DNA of 64,000 nucleotides from positions 15,936,001-16,000,000 of the forward strand of contig NC_045696.1 of the NCBI RefSeq assembly GCF_009834535.1. The letters are read 5' to 3'. The notes below the pieces were generated by a model, which had not been told where the DNA came from, searched no databases, and saw only the letters and a program-made list of their open reading frames with translations. Below, in pieces: positions 61,250-64,000 of the stretch. The stretch comes from Camelus ferus (Eukaryota). The translations under genes were made by a program, and so were the position numbers. How positions within the stretch are numbered: the first letter of the stretch is position 1; every line of letters starts with the position of its first letter.

Positions 61250-61690
61250 AACAGAAAGAGAGACTGGGAACCAGTGGAGATGAAAAGAGACTTAAGTGCC
61301 ATACCAGCCCCGTGCCATGTGTAGGTCTCCTAAGGGTCTTTACGTAAACAAACTGACATACAGAAATCAGCAAATTTTGAATACAGATTGGACATTATGT
61401 GATGCTAACAAATTATTAAATTCTGGGTATGGTAGTTTTATTAGCATTAAGTCTTTTTAAAAAAAAACTGTCAAGACTACTAACAGAGATGAAGTATTAC
61501 ATCTGGGATTTGCTTCAACACGATTCGGGACAAGATGGAGAGTGGGTATAGGTCAAATAAAACTGGCCACGCCCTGATAATTGTATAATTGCTGGAGAGA
61601 AGGGATGGGTACATGGGGATCATTTTGTTCCTCTCTCTCCCTTTGAATATGTTTGAAATTTTCTATTACGAAAGGGTTTTTCTTAAAGCT
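61250..61690 (+). mobile_element. Old L1 (L1MC4/ME-like) 3'UTR fragment
   Basis: tctgggatttgcttcaa, gatgggtacatgggg, tatgtttgaaattttc. Confidence 0.7.
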
Positions 61691-63011
61691 TATTATCCAG
61701 CATGAGATCCAGCACTAATCTGACCGTGTACGTTGCTCTTATTCTGTAAATATGGATATGAACATTAATCATAAAAATAACCATTGTAATTAAAACATAG
61801 GAGTACCATATACAAGCATTTTCACTCTGACTGTTTCAATAAATCACACCCTATAGTTTCTGTTAACCTTTTCAGGAAAGAGCCCCCATCAATTCACTGC
61901 TTCTGTCGTCCCTCTGGCCTGGGTCTCTCATTATTCATTCCCCTCAAGAGCCTGCGGCCAGGAAAGGGCATCCCTGGCAGAAGCCCGGAGTCCGAGGAGC
62001 ACGTTCCCTGTTGACGTCTCCCCTGCAAGTGGAGGCCGGACTGAACCCTCAGGGCTGCTTGTGGCTGCTCTGAATAGAGCGACAGATCTCCTTAGCCCCA
62101 GGCATCACCCGCTGCCACGGACGCCCACATCTGGATCCCAGTGATCCAAGCACCGTAGAGTTGGTATCACCCCTCCTTCCCTGAGTCTGGGTTAGTTCTT
62201 CACTTGCGATGCTTTGGAAGGACAATTCCAAGGACCCTGAGTGAGTCATGGTAGGTGTATAACGGAAAACGAGATTCCACCTCCTTCCCAAACAGAGCAG
62301 GGCTAGCCCTTGGCTAGCCACAGGGGGGATATCGGCTGGGGGGTGGGGGGGCTGGTGCCAAACAGGAGGAAACAGTGGAAATTTCATTTCCCTAGCAACA
62401 AAAGTATAAGCCAAATTCATGAAGTGCCTTCATGAAATCCCAGCTTCAGAAGCTGGTACATTATTTCGTTGCAGAAGTTTCTTTGATAGTAAAGCCCCAG
62501 GCCTGCCCAGACACGGGAAGATCCCAGCGGTCTGAATTCCACACCATGAGCCTCCCTGGATTATAAAGTTTAGTTTTGTGTTACGTTATCTCTAGTGCAC
62601 ATGAATAACTACGCAGCTCACTCCAATTCCCGAGGTGGCGAGAGGTGGAAGTGCTTACCTATTACCCTCTTTTCCCCAAGGATTCTCTCACTCCCAAGAA
62701 GAAAACTTCCACAGGCAAGTGAACATTTCAAGTTTGGTTGATTTATTCAGCCAGCTGTTAAGGTATTCTTTTTAAACCCTTGTCATTTACATGTGCAGTT
62801 TGGGCTTTTGGTATTCAAAACACTCCAAAAGCCTGCATTCATTTTCCTTTCCACAGGTTCTTAAAGGTGTCTGGGGAATTTCACTAAGCCCAGAGATTTA
62901 AAATTCTAAAGGTCAGGAAGTGTATCACTGCTTACTTAAACAGTGACCCTGCGTGGCACAAAAGTGAAAGACTGACTATGCAAATTGACAAGTGCGTATT
63001 ATCTAAGATGC

Positions 63012-63170
63012 TGTGGCAGAATACTGACCTGAATTCCAAGAGGGACAGGTTCTAGTCCCAGTCTGCCCATTCACAAACGGATGTCAAATAAATTATGAAA
63101 CTCCTATGACCCCTGTAAGATAAGGGATGGAGATTAGATGATGGTTGTGCAAAATCTCAGATTCAATGAA
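63012..63170 (+). mobile_element. MIR/MIR3-like fragment
   Basis: ggttctagtcccagtctgcc...ctgtaagataagggatggagattagatgat. Confidence 0.5.
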
Positions 63171-64000
63171 ATGCTTACAACCTAATAACCCTTCAATTCA
63201 CAACTATTTGGTTTTCTCCAGGATGAGAAGAGCTCAAAACACGATAATAAGCCCCCAAGAGGCTTTCTCAAACCAGAACTCCAGTATGGTACTCCATGTG
63301 TTGGGAGCTTTCTCTGAAAAATGTCCATTTGCACAGGACGCTCCCTTTCTGAGGGTAGGTCCCCCAGGACACCAAATCACAGATCAGACGTTGCTTAACT
63401 AACTGAGGATCAGAACATATGACACTGTGTTTCTGAAAACGTGTTCCCTGCAAACTAAAAGAGCTTGTAAGACTTCAGCCATTACAGAAATACATCAATT
63501 TAGACACTCAACATTAATCATTAGAATCACAGCATTCTCTCTTCTGACGAATCCTAGAGAAATGACTTTAATGTTCATTTTCCACTCCGTGCAGCCTGTG
63601 ATCCTACAATTACGATGTTATCTCACCTTTGTAATAAATAATTAGATATTGGCTTCTCTTACACTATCTGTTTTCTCTTCCTTGTAGCAGACACACTTGG
63701 CCACATCACCTGGTGCCCCAGATTTCAGCACAGCAGTGAAGAACAATACTGTGCAAGTGACCAGCATCCCATTTCAGGATGTGCCTTGGCCCCTCTCAGA
63801 TTTGAGACTTTCTCTGAAGTCACTTGAGGCAGCTCATCTCGCAAGTCCTCCACATAGGCACAGCTTGGAAGTGCGTGATGCAAAAGCACCTCTGGGGCGG
63901 TCCCCAACCAATGGGAGACAGGAATCAATGGATAGTTGAGTCAGCCACCCTGTACTCGCTGGAGCATCTCTAAGGTGAATTCTAAAAGGGCTCCAATAGA

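Overview
Mammalian genomic DNA, very probably camelid (camel/alpaca/llama). The evidence is a tRNA-derived Vic-1-type SINE (47750-47923), young L1 3' ends of the camelid type and artiodactyl-type Tigger1 derivatives. I recognise no protein-coding gene, RNA gene or prokaryotic system. Almost all ORFs in the track are chance ORFs, microsatellite translations or L1/ERV remnants. Roughly half the window is interspersed repeats: L1 of several ages, HAL1, L2, MIR, hAT and Tigger DNA elements, a decayed ERVL (LTR16) provirus and many solo LTRs, often nested with readable target-site duplications (TSDs). L1s and LTRs are mostly on the + strand, as expected inside introns of a minus-strand transcription unit. 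The most notable features are: (1) a solo LTR with a 23-bp-period array of seven CCAAT boxes around an octamer (45434-45996); (2) a TSD-bounded L1 whose 5'UTR is fused directly to the end of ORF2 and which then received three independent insertions (25243-28446); (3) two MER41-like LTRs differing by a 16-bp duplication that creates a GAS/STAT site and by a microhomology-bounded deletion. I cannot support a novel biological system beyond these. Subfamily names come from my memory of consensus sequences and need RepeatMasker/Dfam confirmation; boundaries without TSDs are approximate.
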